A stretch of 64,000 nucleotides of DNA from an uncultured delta proteobacterium (lineage in GTDB: Bacteria; Desulfobacterota; Zymogenia; Zymogenales; Zymogenaceae): the NCBI GenBank assembly GCA_963735595.1, contig CAVTLK010000005.1, positions 877,711 to 941,710 of the forward strand, read 5' to 3'. The position numbers and the translations under genes are program-made. The notes below the pieces were generated by a model. That model saw only the letters and a program-made list of their open reading frames with translations, was not told the DNA's origin and searched no databases. This document shows, piece after piece, positions 32,111 to 42,805 of this stretch. Position 1 is the first letter of the stretch; the number at the start of each line of letters is the position of its first letter.

Positions 32111-32296
32111 TCAATTTTCTATCTTCTTATTCTTTTCTATATAGTTGTCTATGTCATGAATATCGAACCGTAGCGCTCCTCGAAGTTTAATATGTGGGAT
32201 AGGAAACAGACCTTGTGCAATTTCGTTCCTGATTGTTTGCGGTCTTTTGCCGATATAATGAGCGAGTTCTTTTATGTTCAGTAGTCTTTTTTCCAC
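32111..32296 (-). CDS. excisionase-like HTH protein (AlpA/Xis)
   Basis: LLNIKELAHYIG...TIRN...FP.PHIKL.GALRF. Confidence 0.8.
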   Translation of the reverse strand: MEKRLLNIKELAHYIGKRPQTIRNEIAQGLFPIPHIKLRGALRFDIHDIDNYIEKNKKIEN

Positions 32297-32448
32297 TTCT
32301 AACCTCGACTATTTCTCGTGAGCCAATTGCTTACCTTTAGATACCTTTTCCCTAATAGAACTCAAGAGAGAGTCATGCTCCTCTCTAAAGCCCGCATCTT
32401 CTGTAAGCGGCTCTCCCAAGTCAAAGGCCGTGAAATATCAGAGATAGA

Positions 32449-33159
32449 CTAAACGCCCGGAATCTCATCCCAGGTACGACCGTCAAGTATCCGACCGCTT
32501 TTCTTCTTATTTCTTCCGCCCCACTGTTTGAAAAAGAATGGTACTCCTTCTCCTAAACATTGATCACGGACTTCAGTGACCCATTCTCTTAGCATCGGCC
32601 TAGACTTAGGACCTGACTCCCCGCCAACGATAACCCAATCAATTCCGTTCAAATTGAGATTACCCATGGGACCTAGAAGAGGTTCGAGCGAAAGAAACTT
32701 GATTCTTGCAGGGGTATCTATCAAATGGCCGATTCTGTCTATGTAGTCCCTATTTTCTACACTCACGCCCATCCAGACATTATCGGGCCATGGGAGCTTT
32801 GAGCTTAATTCCAATAAGCGAAGAGGCCGTTTCGTGAGAACCTGAAAACGATGTTGTTTCGCTTTTGTCATAACGCCAAAAACCCTAAGAATGAAATCCG
32901 TTGGGACGTCATCGTGAAAGAGATCGCTCATGGAATTGACGAAAATAGTTTTAGGTCTTTTCCATCTCAAAGGGATATCCAGCATATGTTCATGGAGTGT
33001 TGGTTGAAATCCGTTTCTATAATTTGGCTGTCCCATGGCCTTGAGTCTCATTGACAGCTTTTCTGCGTAGCAGTTCTTACAACCCAGGCTGATTTTTGTG
33101 CATCCTGTTATCGGGTTCCATGTAGCCTCGGTCCACTCTATCTTTGAATTGGTTGACAT
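32449..33159 (-). CDS. DUF5131 (phage Gp37/Gp68) radical-SAM-like protein
   Basis: [58 protein letters not shown]. Confidence 0.92.
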   Translation of the reverse strand: MSTNSKIEWTEATWNPITGCTKISLGCKNCYAEKLSMRLKAMGQPNYRNGFQPTLHEHMLDIPLRWKRPKTIFVNSMSDLFHDDVPTDFILRVFGVMTKAKQHRFQVLTKRPLRLLELSSKLPWPDNVWMGVSVENRDYIDRIGHLIDTPARIKFLSLEPLLGPMGNLNLNGIDWVIVGGESGPKSRPMLREWVTEVRDQCLGEGVPFFFKQWGGRNKKKSGRILDGRTWDEIPGV

Positions 33160-33187
33160 TTTCCTCCTCCTTCTAAATCGTCTTTGA

Positions 33188-33415
33188 TTATCTCCACTCA
33201 ATAAAGTTGGGCATATCTTTCTTGGGCACGTCCAGGATTTCAAGGACACTGTATGCGGTGTCGATGTCGATCGGAAGAAGATTAAGAGCCCTGCAAAAAG
33301 TCCGATAATCGATGTCGCATCTCCGTCTCTGAAACGCCCCATTACCATCGTAAAAGTAGCGCTTTCGGTTCTTCCTCAGAAAGGACAGAACTTCCGGCCT
33401 CAAATGGGGTCTCAT
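33188..33415 (-). CDS. small hypothetical protein
   Basis: GGAG RBS; tightly packed between the tubulin gene and DUF5131. Confidence 0.45.
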   Translation of the reverse strand: MRPHLRPEVLSFLRKNRKRYFYDGNGAFQRRRCDIDYRTFCRALNLLPIDIDTAYSVLEILDVPKKDMPNFIEWR

Positions 33416-33439
33416 TATTTATCTCCGTTCTACGATGTA

Positions 33440-34541
33440 TTATTTCGTCTTATCCTTGTTGAAGAAGAAATCAAAATCAAGTTCAGTCTTTTTTATTGTC
33501 TTTTTTTCCTCGAACACCTTTATTTCTGATTTCGTCTCCTCGATGAGTCCCTGGAGTTTCTTTATGGGGAGACTCAGCCCGCTGAAGATGGAATGTACGC
33601 GAATACGATCCCGATAGGCGTGATCGGCGTAAATCCCCCAATAGACCAGGTTCGCTTTTGAGACCTCCTTGATGTACGTGAGCGCGTAGCTGATGTCTTT
33701 CTCCGCTATCTTCTTGAATAGCGAGGGAGCGCCTCTGAGCACAATCCCTACCTTGTCGGCGTCAGAGAAATCAAAATCAGAGGCATAGAGTCCCTCTGTT
33801 ATGCCCCGCCTCAGGCTCTCAGCTAACCGGTCCCTGCTGGTAAACTCCTTCACGGACATCTCCCCCATGGTTGCACAGCCCGGTGTTCGGATGATCTTTC
33901 GATAATCGGCGGGATCGAGGGAGTATACCAGTCCCTGTTGCGAGCTCATCTTATTGATGATGTGGAATGTATGGGCGATATCTTTATTAGACCTCTCCCA
34001 GAAGGTGCCGATGGAAAGGTTCGGATACTTCTTCGAGATCTTTGCGTTATCGATAATAATGATCGGTTTGATGATGCTCGAATCATAAACCTGTTTTATC
34101 GCCATCAGGCAATTCTTCTTGGTCTCGGTGTCTTCGGATTCAAGGGGAAGGGTGATGATGATCCCGACTTCAATCCCAAGTTCGTGAAGTATTTCTGCCA
34201 TGGGGAGTAATCCCCCCTGTCCCTGTTCCACCCCCGCCCCCGACACAGAGCATGGCGTACTCGGACTTGTCTATTCCATGCAGCCTAATAAAGTCTCTGA
34301 TCGTATCTGAGTTGTTCCTGAAGGCGAGCTCCCCCACCTTCATGTCCCTCCCGGCTCCTCCCGTCGTATCTTTAAGCAGCAGTTTATGTCCTTTGGGGAC
34401 AGTGATTTTCCCTAGGTCGGTCTCGGCGGTATTGCAGACGTATCCGTCGTATCCGTATTCTTTATGAAACGCGGCGCAGACTCGGCTTCCCCCGTAGCCC
34501 AGACCAAATAGGCGGAAATCTATCGAGTGCTTGTCCTTCAT
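33440..34541 (-). CDS. tubulin/FtsZ-superfamily GTPase (TubZ/PhuZ/CetZ-like), frameshift in the C6 run at about 34212
   Basis: GLGYGG (T1), NTAETDL (T2), GGAGRD (T3), GGGGGTGTGG (T4 signature), IIIDN (T6), LDPADY (T7); about 366 aa when joined. Confidence 0.85.
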
Positions 34542-34554
34542 CGTTCTCACTCCA

Positions 34555-34830
34555 TTATCCGCTATTCGTGATTTCATCCAAAATAGCTGAAAGTGCCTTC
34601 CCGGAATCCGAGAGCCTCAGTAATATACTGTTGCCTACCCTCGTCTCCTCGATAAATGTCCCGCCCCTCAATCGCGAGAGGGCATCCCTCAATCGTGAGG
34701 TAGTGAGGCCGGATACCTGGGACGCGGACTCCTTATTGAGCACTCCCTTTTCGACGAGCGCGGATATTACCCTCCGGTCATCCTCATGGAGTTTACCGGA
34801 CATCTCAAGGAGACATGTCTTACACAACAT
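34555..34830 (-). CDS. winged-helix DNA-binding protein (TubR-like adaptor candidate)
   Basis: HTH (SGLTTSRLRDALSRL) plus wing (FIEETRVGNSILLRLSDSGK); immediately upstream of the tubulin gene. Confidence 0.65.
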   Translation of the reverse strand: MLCKTCLLEMSGKLHEDDRRVISALVEKGVLNKESASQVSGLTTSRLRDALSRLRGGTFIEETRVGNSILLRLSDSGKALSAILDEITNSG

Positions 34831-34844
34831 TTTTCACCCAATCT

Positions 34845-35090
34845 ATTAATTGATACATTAACTGATTAATTGATATATCCGACGCAAGCAGCCTTTCCCT
34901 TTCGATTCTGATTCGATTCTGCCTTCGGTTCGATTCTGATTTTGGTTTTTCGCCAGAATCGAAAGGTCTCCCGTCCTCTCAAGCGGATTTCGATTTATCA
35001 AAACTCCAATGTTCCTATATAATTAGATCAAGAGAACATATTCCTGATGTCCCACGTTTTTATTCTGATTTCGATTCGATTCTGATTCTG
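34845..35090. repeat. iteron/centromere-like repeat array
   Basis: ATTAAYTGAT x3 (34845, 34857, 34865); TTCGATTCTG at 34901, 34912, 34929, 35075 and inverted at 34954. Confidence 0.75.
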
Positions 35091-35159
35091 GCCATATTTA
35101 TTCTTTTTTTATCTTCTATTCTTTTTCTTATCTTCCTATTATCATTACCCTCTCTTCTT

Positions 35160-35207
35160 TCTATTTCTATTTCTATTTCTATTTCTATCTCTATTTCTAT
35201 CTCTATT
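35160..35207. repeat. (TCTATY)8 tandem hexamer
   Basis: Eight consecutive TCTATT/TCTATC units within a pyrimidine-rich tract. Confidence 0.85.
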
Positions 35208-35375
35208 CTTTTCACCGTTCTTTACTCATCTCCATTTCCTCACTTCCAGCTTCCGTAACGTCGTCCCGCGGGGCGTGGGGGCGAAGGAGGCGAGGGAGGG
35301 GGGAGGGATAAAGACCTGACCCTCCATAACAGAACCCTATCTAATATCTATCCTACCTATGGGATTCTTTCTCTT

Positions 35376-35591
35376 TCATATTCTTCGATAAGCAGCCTCA
35401 TCGTTAGTCTTCTTCTCTTCAGGACGCACAAATGTTATCGGATTCATTTCATGCCACAGACACCTTATGTACTCATTGACCTGAACGTACGTATTCAACT
35501 TCTTACAGAGGAAGTATGAATACCCTTCTTGATCAATTTGCATGAGTCTTCCGTGCACGCATCGTTCGCATTTAACCGTCATTTCAACCAC
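35376..35591 (-). CDS. small Cys-rich hypothetical protein
   Basis: CERCVH...C...C; GAGGTG RBS. Confidence 0.45.
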   Translation of the reverse strand: MVEMTVKCERCVHGRLMQIDQEGYSYFLCKKLNTYVQVNEYIRCLWHEMNPITFVRPEEKKTNDEAAYRRI

Positions 35592-35865
35592 CTCGAATAT
35601 ATTTATATATGTGAGAACAACAGCACCTTCTGTTTTCTCATTTCGGAGAAAACAGAAGGCAGGGAGGGCGTGACTGTGCGAGCGGACCCCCCGATAAAGC
35701 TTTCGGCGAAGCCGAAAGATTTACGATAGGGGGTCTGCGTGGGCACGCCCGACCGCGTATACAGCAACGAGCAACGCGTCCCATTACATATACCTATCGA
35801 CCACATCAAACGAGAGACCTTTTATATCTGCACCACCGAGAGCCTTTTCAACCCTTTCCTTAGTC

Positions 35866-37732
35866 CTACCAAGCAACTCCCTTTGTAGTGACAACCACTA
35901 CCTCATCCACACCGACGGTAAAATCTCGTGATATATTTTCCATGATGTGATCTGTGACACTCAGTTCAATCTCAATTGCGATAAGTCTACCGGCCTTATT
36001 AACCAGGACATCGATAGACTTCCCGTTAAGGCTCTTTTCGACATAGGCATTGTATCCGAGATCCTCGTAGTACTTCTTTATCCTGCTCTGGTAGGTCTGA
36101 TGTTCTATTGATCCTTTTCCTGCCATCCGCTTTTTTGGAGAATCGATCGCCTCTCTCCCCTTATCCGTTAGTTCAAGATAGACGGATTTTCCTCTTCTCA
36201 CTTCGACGATGTATCCCGTCTCCACAAGCTCCTTCTGAATCCTGTTTCCCATGTAGGCGCTCAATCCCATCGCCATATATCGCTCGGTGACACTCAAATC
36301 GGTGCTCCTTCTCGATATTGATCATGAAGTCCCGGGCCTGAGTCTTTTTAACCCGTTTAACTTCATCCACGCGGAGCTTGAAGTTAGAAGGTTTTTCTCT
36401 CGATGGTTCAGGCTTCTTCTCCGTCCTCGTAGGAGCGGGTTTCCCCTCAGTCTTCGCCAAAACCTCGCTCAGGGCGTTTCCTGGGTTTAATCTTTAGTTC
36501 CATAGTAGGACCTCATATGTCTTTCGACTTCCTCATCGGTGACAAACCGTTCAAGAGGAAAATCGGGGATTACGATATGAAACGGCTCCGGCCACCGATC
36601 AGCGAGTTTTACAATACCCTGGCCCACCGGAAGCTTGTTCAGGAAATCGGCCTGCTCACTCCGTGAGCCGCATCATCCTTGCCATATCCTCGATGTCCTT
36701 ACCGTTGGAGAGGGAAAGACAGATCGTCGCAAAGACATTGCTTTTGACGACATCGGAAAGGGTGTGAGGCATCTGGTCCGCGAAAACAAAGCCAACCCCG
36801 AATTCTCTGATTCTCCGCACCATCTGCTCCATATAGGGTGTCCCAAGTTCGCTCTTATAGTCCTTCTTGAATATTTTGCTTGCCTCATCGAGAAAGATCA
36901 CCTGCCTCAAGGTGCCTCTTTCGGCGCGGTCCAATCTGTAAGTAGAAACCTGTGCCAGCAGAATATTAACGAACAAAGTCTGGAGCTCGTCCATTAGGCC
37001 ATCGAGCTCAAAGACGATATTCTTTTGAAGGAGCATTTCGAGGGAATAGCCCTCATCGCAATCGAAGATATCTCTCGTTATCGTCGCACATACGGCGGCT
37101 TTATTATCGAGTCTCGCAAGGTAGCCCCGTTTATCGTATGAAAGGCCTTTCACTTTTTCTTCCTTTTCAAGCTTCTCGTGTAGGTCAAGTATTGTAGGGT
37201 ACACGTCGCTTCCTTTGAAAACACCGTACAGCTCATAAAGTTCATAAAGCAGGTTTGCCAGTAAAGCTTTTGACGCGGCCAGTAACGCAAACGAGATACA
37301 GAATATGTCGGCAAATATCTGTATCCACTCCACAGGGTCAGTCCCCGGAGGGGGACGAAGGGGATTTATCCTGAAATCCTTCCACCTGAAGATAAGCAAG
37401 TCTTTCGTATATTGGAGGAAATGGCGGTAGTCCCTCTTGAAGTCAAAGAACCAACACGGAACCAAAGGCATGAGCTGATACGCCAGGACTCGGCTCTCGG
37501 TCGTCTTGCCGCTTCCTGCGCGACCTGTTAAGAAGGTATTTTGATTCACCTCCTCAAGAACAAAAGCCGCTCTTTCCGATGTATCCGCCAATAAACCGTA
37601 GGCAATTGGACCCGCGACATCTACGCCGTGCGGAGCGGAGAAAGGAGTCCCGGAAAGGTTCTCGAAGAAAATTTGATATTCCTCCGGGAAATGCTTCGAA
37701 ATATCATCATCGAAGAAGTTTTCTTTTTTCAT
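35866..37732 (-). CDS. HerA/VirD4-like (DUF87) ATPase with C-terminal wHTH and PD-(D/E)XK-like domain, frameshifted
   Basis: GRAGSGKT Walker A; IFLDEA Walker B; IREFGVGFVFADQ; tail GKGSIEH...IDVLV...IAIEIEL. Confidence 0.75.
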
Positions 37733-38159
37733 CGGTAAGTTCCTTGGCCGGCTCTTTAGCCCTTCCCCGGATCAGAGACTTCAGAATAGAAAGAGGTTGT
37801 TTTGCTTCAATCCGGGAGACCTTTCTCCCGTCCCAGGTTATCTTCAAGTCCTTTCGGCAAATGAGGACGCCCGATTCATCGGATCGATCGAGGCAACCAG
37901 GACGAGAGCAAATTACTCTGTGGCAGACGCCACAGAATCCCTCAAGGTCATCTAAGCTCTTTATAAAATGCCCACACCCTGCAGGAACAACGAGGTCCAT
38001 GTTGTTGAGGAATATCCCTCTCTCGCTTACCTCAAATGAGCTTACACGACCTCCGACCGGTATAACCCTTCCGTTTACCAATACGACATTGCCGTAGTAT
38101 CTGGCAACAAATGGTTCGTTGAATTTCCGTGAGAGATATCCGTAGAGCATGGAATCCAT
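37707..38159 (-). CDS. Cys-rich hypothetical protein (possible Zn finger)
   Basis: CGH...CGVCHRVICSRPGC...C; overlaps the ATPase start. Confidence 0.55.
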   Translation of the reverse strand: MDSMLYGYLSRKFNEPFVARYYGNVVLVNGRVIPVGGRVSSFEVSERGIFLNNMDLVVPAGCGHFIKSLDDLEGFCGVCHRVICSRPGCLDRSDESGVLICRKDLKITWDGRKVSRIEAKQPLSILKSLIRGRAKEPAKELTDEKRKLLR

Positions 38160-38206
38160 AGTGGTAAACGTGTATTCTTTACCGTGTTCATCCGTCGTAA
38201 ATCCCC

Positions 38207-38491
38207 CTAAAAGATACTAGCGGCCCAGCCAAAAAAGGCCTTCCCGAGCATGACGAAAAAGGTGATCACGCCGGGAACGAACGAGAATACGATGATGAGG
38301 AGGGTGATCACCAGGCCAAGCTTCATTAAACCGAATAAGAACCGTATCAGCTTCTTGAAGAAATCGTCATCGTCCGGACCCTTTGGAAACTCGAAGGGAG
38401 TAGTGTAGTTGAGCTCGTCTTGTGGGAAGTCCGGATTCTTATAGAAGTCGCCGTATCCCTTGTCCGACGATCCCGAGTTATTGAATGTCAT
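38207..38491 (-). CDS. small membrane protein
   Basis: GGAGG RBS; long hydrophobic C-terminus. Confidence 0.55.
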   Translation of the reverse strand: MTFNNSGSSDKGYGDFYKNPDFPQDELNYTTPFEFPKGPDDDDFFKKLIRFLFGLMKLGLVITLLIIVFSFVPGVITFFVMLGKAFFGWAASIF

Positions 38492-38774
38492 TGTTCCCCC
38501 CCTCCTGAAAGGTAATATTGCCAAACCTGTCTCTCTTGATCTTCTTCTCTCCAGAATCTGATGGGCTGCTATCTGAATTCGACGGTGAATAGGAGTTGTC
38601 CTTATTTTGTTCCTGAGGTTCCCCGCCGAAAAAGCCCTCAAAGAACCCAAATGTAAAATCAAGAGTTGCTTCCACCGGCGCAGCAACGACCCTTCCGGCA
38701 GTAACTCCAAGCGTGTGAGCGAAACAGCCCGAAACTAAGAGAGACGCCAAAACCAGGATCGTGAGTCTCTTCAT
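38478..38774 (-). CDS. small lipoprotein
   Basis: MKRLTILVLASLLVSG-C lipobox. Confidence 0.6.
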   Translation of the reverse strand: MKRLTILVLASLLVSGCFAHTLGVTAGRVVAAPVEATLDFTFGFFEGFFGGEPQEQNKDNSYSPSNSDSSPSDSGEKKIKRDRFGNITFQEGGNNDIQ

Positions 38775-38791
38775 GTTTCTACCCCCTTTAT

Positions 38792-39298
38792 CTAAAGCGA
38801 CCTCCATTCCTCCGAGGTGATGAGCCACGTTCCGTACGACTTTTCGAGGCGCATGGTGACGACGCCCCGATCGGATGCCCCATCTATTGTCGTGACCTGC
38901 ACAAATGTGAGGCATGCGTTGGAATCGGAGATAGATAGAACGCGAAAATCATTGAGTGATAGGTCGATGGAAGAGGAATGGGAAAATACGTTATTGAAAT
39001 AACCCTGTAAGCTCTGATAGTTTAACCCCCGGCCCTGGAACCGGGGGCTATACATCGTCATAAGGTAGGAGACGTTTTTAGACTCCCAGTCGGTCTCCCA
39101 AGAAGAAACGAAATCTCGAAGCTCACGTACGTTTGGATCTTCGGGTGGCGTTGAAACGACAGGTGGTTCTTCTGATGAAGTTCTCGGGGTCCTACTTGAA
39201 CAGAAGAGCGCCCCAAGGACGAACCCAATGAGAACAGCGATAATGAGAATAAGCTGGAAATACTTATTCTCAATAAGCCAAAAGAGTGGTGTTTTCAT
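38792..39298 (-). CDS. membrane-anchored NTF2/SnoaL-like protein
   Basis: N-terminal TM; W..DWE.K......YS..F...and C-terminal WLITSEEW NTF2-like pattern. Confidence 0.6.
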   Translation of the reverse strand: MKTPLFWLIENKYFQLILIIAVLIGFVLGALFCSSRTPRTSSEEPPVVSTPPEDPNVRELRDFVSSWETDWESKNVSYLMTMYSPRFQGRGLNYQSLQGYFNNVFSHSSSIDLSLNDFRVLSISDSNACLTFVQVTTIDGASDRGVVTMRLEKSYGTWLITSEEWRSL

Positions 39299-39301
39299 AG
39301 T

Positions 39302-39607
39302 CTACTCGTCACTTTCTTTCTTTGTGTTCTTGTGCTCCAGCTGCTTCATCATGAACTCTCCGACCGGTGCTGGAAGTACCATCACGGAGTTTAATCCGTC
39401 ATAGCCGAGTCGGAGGCTAACGTTGTTTTGCTCGATCAAACCCATAGCCACGTTATTCACGAGGGGAACCATATGATCCTTGAGTCCCTTCGAACATATC
39501 CCGACTATTTTTACGTCATTTCCGGTTCCCTGGCCTTTTTTCATTGTCTGATCAACGCCATATCCTGCGTTTGCCCCTGTCTTAATTCTGAGATAGACAA
39601 ATTCCAT
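39302..39607 (-). CDS. hypothetical protein
   Basis: GAGGAG RBS; packed within the operon. Confidence 0.5.
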   Translation of the reverse strand: MEFVYLRIKTGANAGYGVDQTMKKGQGTGNDVKIVGICSKGLKDHMVPLVNNVAMGLIEQNNVSLRLGYDGLNSVMVLPAPVGEFMMKQLEHKNTKKESDE

Positions 39608-39619
39608 TAGCGTTCTCCT

Positions 39620-39895
39620 CTAATTAGGTTTACTGTAATCAAACTCGAACTGCTCGAAGAACAGCTCGGTACCTAAGACCATGACTCTATACTTCTCTTT
39701 ACATTCAGCCCCATCCGCGTTAAACCTAATAGGATTGGAGTCGGGGAGAATAAAAAGGACCGGTTCGCCCCTCCTATATATGAAGACGACATGCTCTTCC
39801 GGACGGGCACCCAAGAGCTCAAAGAATCCTGCCCCGGTGATTTTCGTTGGAAGAATCGTCTCTTTGATAACGAATGCCCGAAAATGCCTCTTCAT
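39620..39895 (-). CDS. hypothetical protein
   Basis: ORF packed within the operon. Confidence 0.4.
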   Translation of the reverse strand: MKRHFRAFVIKETILPTKITGAGFFELLGARPEEHVVFIYRRGEPVLFILPDSNPIRFNADGAECKEKYRVMVLGTELFFEQFEFDYSKPN

Positions 39896-40808
39896 TTTCC
39901 ACCCGGTAATATCCGTAGTCCCGTAAGCTGCTCGATCCGGAGAGTATATAAGTAAGAGCACTCCGTGCCTCAATACCTGATATAGATTTTATTGAGCCTG
40001 ATCGAATGAGGATATTGAGCAAAAGAACCAATAGCGTCGGATCACTTGTTTTAACCAGCAGAAGATCGTCTGACAGCAAATCCTCTTTGCGTCTTACTTC
40101 AAACACCCGCCCGTTTGAACAGCATAGAACGAACGAGGCGAGCCACTTCGGATTCTTACTCATGAAAGGATCCTGGCTAAAACGTATTATTTAGGTACAG
40201 CAGGGGAGAATTAAGGAAGGAGAGATGATAGTGTGCGGTGGTTGTATTTTTCTTGTAATCTACCCAACGCTATAGTAGAGTGAAACAATAGGGGGGAACG
40301 GGGTAGATTAGCACTTTGCCTGCCAGGGCGGTCTATGAAGCTCCTATCTCTCCTTTTTCTCTCCAATAATAAGCTGCCATCAAAAAAGAGTCCTAACAAA
40401 TTCTTCTTCCATCTCAATATAGAATAAAGTGGCAGGAAAGTCAAGGAAAATCATTAAAAGCATACGTAATATACTTGTACAGGTATACTTTAATGTCACT
40501 ATTTAAGGACTATTTAACTAGATACATTTCTTCAACTCAAAAGGATTTCTTGTAGGAGCCTTAGTGCTATTAGAAGGCTATGATTTTAGGGGAGAGTATT
40601 GACGGTAAGCTATGAATTACAGAAACGAAAAAGCGGGTACGTTTTTAGGGAAACCGAAGAAGGAGAAATCGAGCAGAGACGGTTTCTAATGCATTCTATT
40701 GCTATCACATCCGATGATGATAATCGCGTTAAATAGGATGGTTTTTCTTATAACTACGGCTATAACCCTTACAGCCCGATTCTCTCCTTCTCTTTTCCCA
40801 TAAGTAAA

Positions 40809-41063
40809 CTACATTACTTGCTTCCTGGGAGGAAAGGTCTGATCCATTAGTTCCACCGTAGGGCTACCGTTTTCTTTGACGGCACGGACCCTATAACCCT
40901 CTTCCTGCATTTCTACTACCCAGTTATATACCTTCAACGCATTTCGCATTAGATCGGTTTTTGAGACTACTCCCGTTCTTTTCGCAAGGCCGTCCATGTA
41001 GTTGAGTGTTTCCTGAGTGAATGCGAACTGTAGTTTCTTTAGCTCAGTTTTCTTGGTTTCCAT
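40809..41063 (-). CDS. ribbon-helix-helix DNA-binding protein
   Basis: KLQFAFTQETLNYMDGLAKRTG.VSKTDLMRNAL RHH pattern. Confidence 0.65.
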   Translation of the reverse strand: METKKTELKKLQFAFTQETLNYMDGLAKRTGVVSKTDLMRNALKVYNWVVEMQEEGYRVRAVKENGSPTVELMDQTFPPRKQVM

Positions 41064-42006
41064 CTCTTACCCCCTTACTCATCAGAATGCATCAGAAAAA
41101 AGCTTACGGAAAGAGGGGGTTGTGCTTTCAACACACGCATTCTGATAGAGTTCCCTTCGATAATTTTGTGGAATAGCATGTCTTACCCAACATATCGAAG
41201 AACTCTCTTAATGGAAACCAGGTAGAATAAGGTATATTCTTTATACCGTATTCGATGTTTATAAACTCTTCAGCCTCATAAGGTAGCTTTATTTTCTTGA
41301 GAACGGGGATGGGTTCGCAAATGCCGTAATGATCTTCAATATAATAAAAAACCTTTGGAGTTTGAAGAGCCTCTCTTATTTTCAGCAATTCGGAAAGTAA
41401 TCGCTGGGCACTCTTACCATCATCATAGTCAAATATATTTACCAGGAAGAATACGCGAGTTTTATTGTCTGAGTCGATTATTAGTATCTCGCGTGAGAGT
41501 CTCGAACGAGTCAGGTGCTTTCGAATATAGTAAGTAATTCTTCTTACTTTTTGGAAAAACATGCCCCTAGCCTTCTGAGAGAAGGGAAAATCTTGCAAAT
41601 TCTCTTGTGGTCGGTACCCTATTTATGACTTCTTCTCGGCGCATTCCCCAAACCCATAAATAAGACCGTTAAAGATCTCGTATTTTGGGTCGGTTCTTGG
41701 TTCAACGTAGATGATTTGTGAACCCGGTTTGCCTCCATCTTGAAAAGAGTCATCCCTTCCGTCCGTCCTTGCCATGGGCATCCCCTAAAAAAATGTCCAT
41801 GAAAGCTGTTTAGACGTAGTTTATTGTATATTATGCATGATAATAAGTCAAGAATAATGTTGGAATGTGGATAGTAAATATACTTATTATTGTACGAGTA
41901 TAGGATACAATTTTAGCTCCTATTTGTAAGCTTAGTAGCGCCGCATACTAGATGTTAAGCTCATTTACTGATACTCGATCTAAGGATAGGAAGAAAAAGA
42001 AAAAAA

Positions 42007-42210
42007 TCAAACTTCCTCCACGTCAGCGTCTTCCCAATCATACTTAACATTGTCATCACCAATATAGGGATCGAAATCAATATCAATGTAGTCGAAATCC
42101 ATAGCCTTATGGAGAGCTTCTTTTTTCGACCCTGCTTTCACGGAAAAGGTCACTGTCTCCACTTTATGGAAGTCTACTATCACTTCAAAGGTCTTTACTG
42201 TGGAGGTCAT
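42007..42210 (-). CDS. small acidic hypothetical protein
   Basis: KTFEV.V......VKA.SKKEA pattern, common in mobile elements. Confidence 0.5.
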   Translation of the reverse strand: MTSTVKTFEVIVDFHKVETVTFSVKAGSKKEALHKAMDFDYIDIDFDPYIGDDNVKYDWEDADVEEV

Positions 42211-42330
42211 TTTTGACCTCCCCTCTCTTCCTTCAGCAGATGCTCCTGGAAGGCATGTAAGTCTCCAATGATGCCTGTATCTCCCTATGGGAAGGAGCCT
42301 TCATCACTGATATCTTCAACTATAGGAAAA

Positions 42331-42513
42331 TCACCCTGATCGATCAGGGTGACTTCTTTCATTGATATCTTCGATGCTCCTGAAGGTACACGCTTTGGCT
42401 GCACCTTCCACCAACTTTGTCAATTCAGGAATCGAGGTATAAAACCACTCCTCACCAACCACGATTTTAAATCCTTTTCCTGCTTTTGTTCTGCATAGTT
42501 TTACATTTGCCAT
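42331..42513 (-). CDS. small hypothetical protein
   Basis: AGGAGG RBS; 60 aa. Confidence 0.5.
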   Translation of the reverse strand: MANVKLCRTKAGKGFKIVVGEEWFYTSIPELTKLVEGAAKACTFRSIEDINERSHPDRSG

Positions 42514-42805
42514 TTTAGACAACCTCCTTTGTTTCATAGTGTGCCCCTGAGCCGAACAGCCGATAATGCTTTAGAGCAGCGACCTCAAAGAGGGAAAGCT
42601 TTATCGAGATGGGAGGCGTGCACCGCCGATGAAACCGAAAAGGAGGTTGATGGCAAATAAGCAGACCGAAAAAGCAGAAAAGAGAACAGGTTGGTGAAAA
42701 AAAGCTTGACATATTCTTCTGGGTGTTCTATAAAGGTAGTCAAGGAAGGCGAGAAAGCCTTCCTTTTTTGATAAAGAAGGAGGGGCCAAGAACGGCCCCT
42801 CTTTT

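Noticed and set aside
33440..34541. Cell-division ftsZ
   Set aside because: Outside a dcw cluster; divergent T1 and T7 loops (no NxDFAD); located in a mobile element
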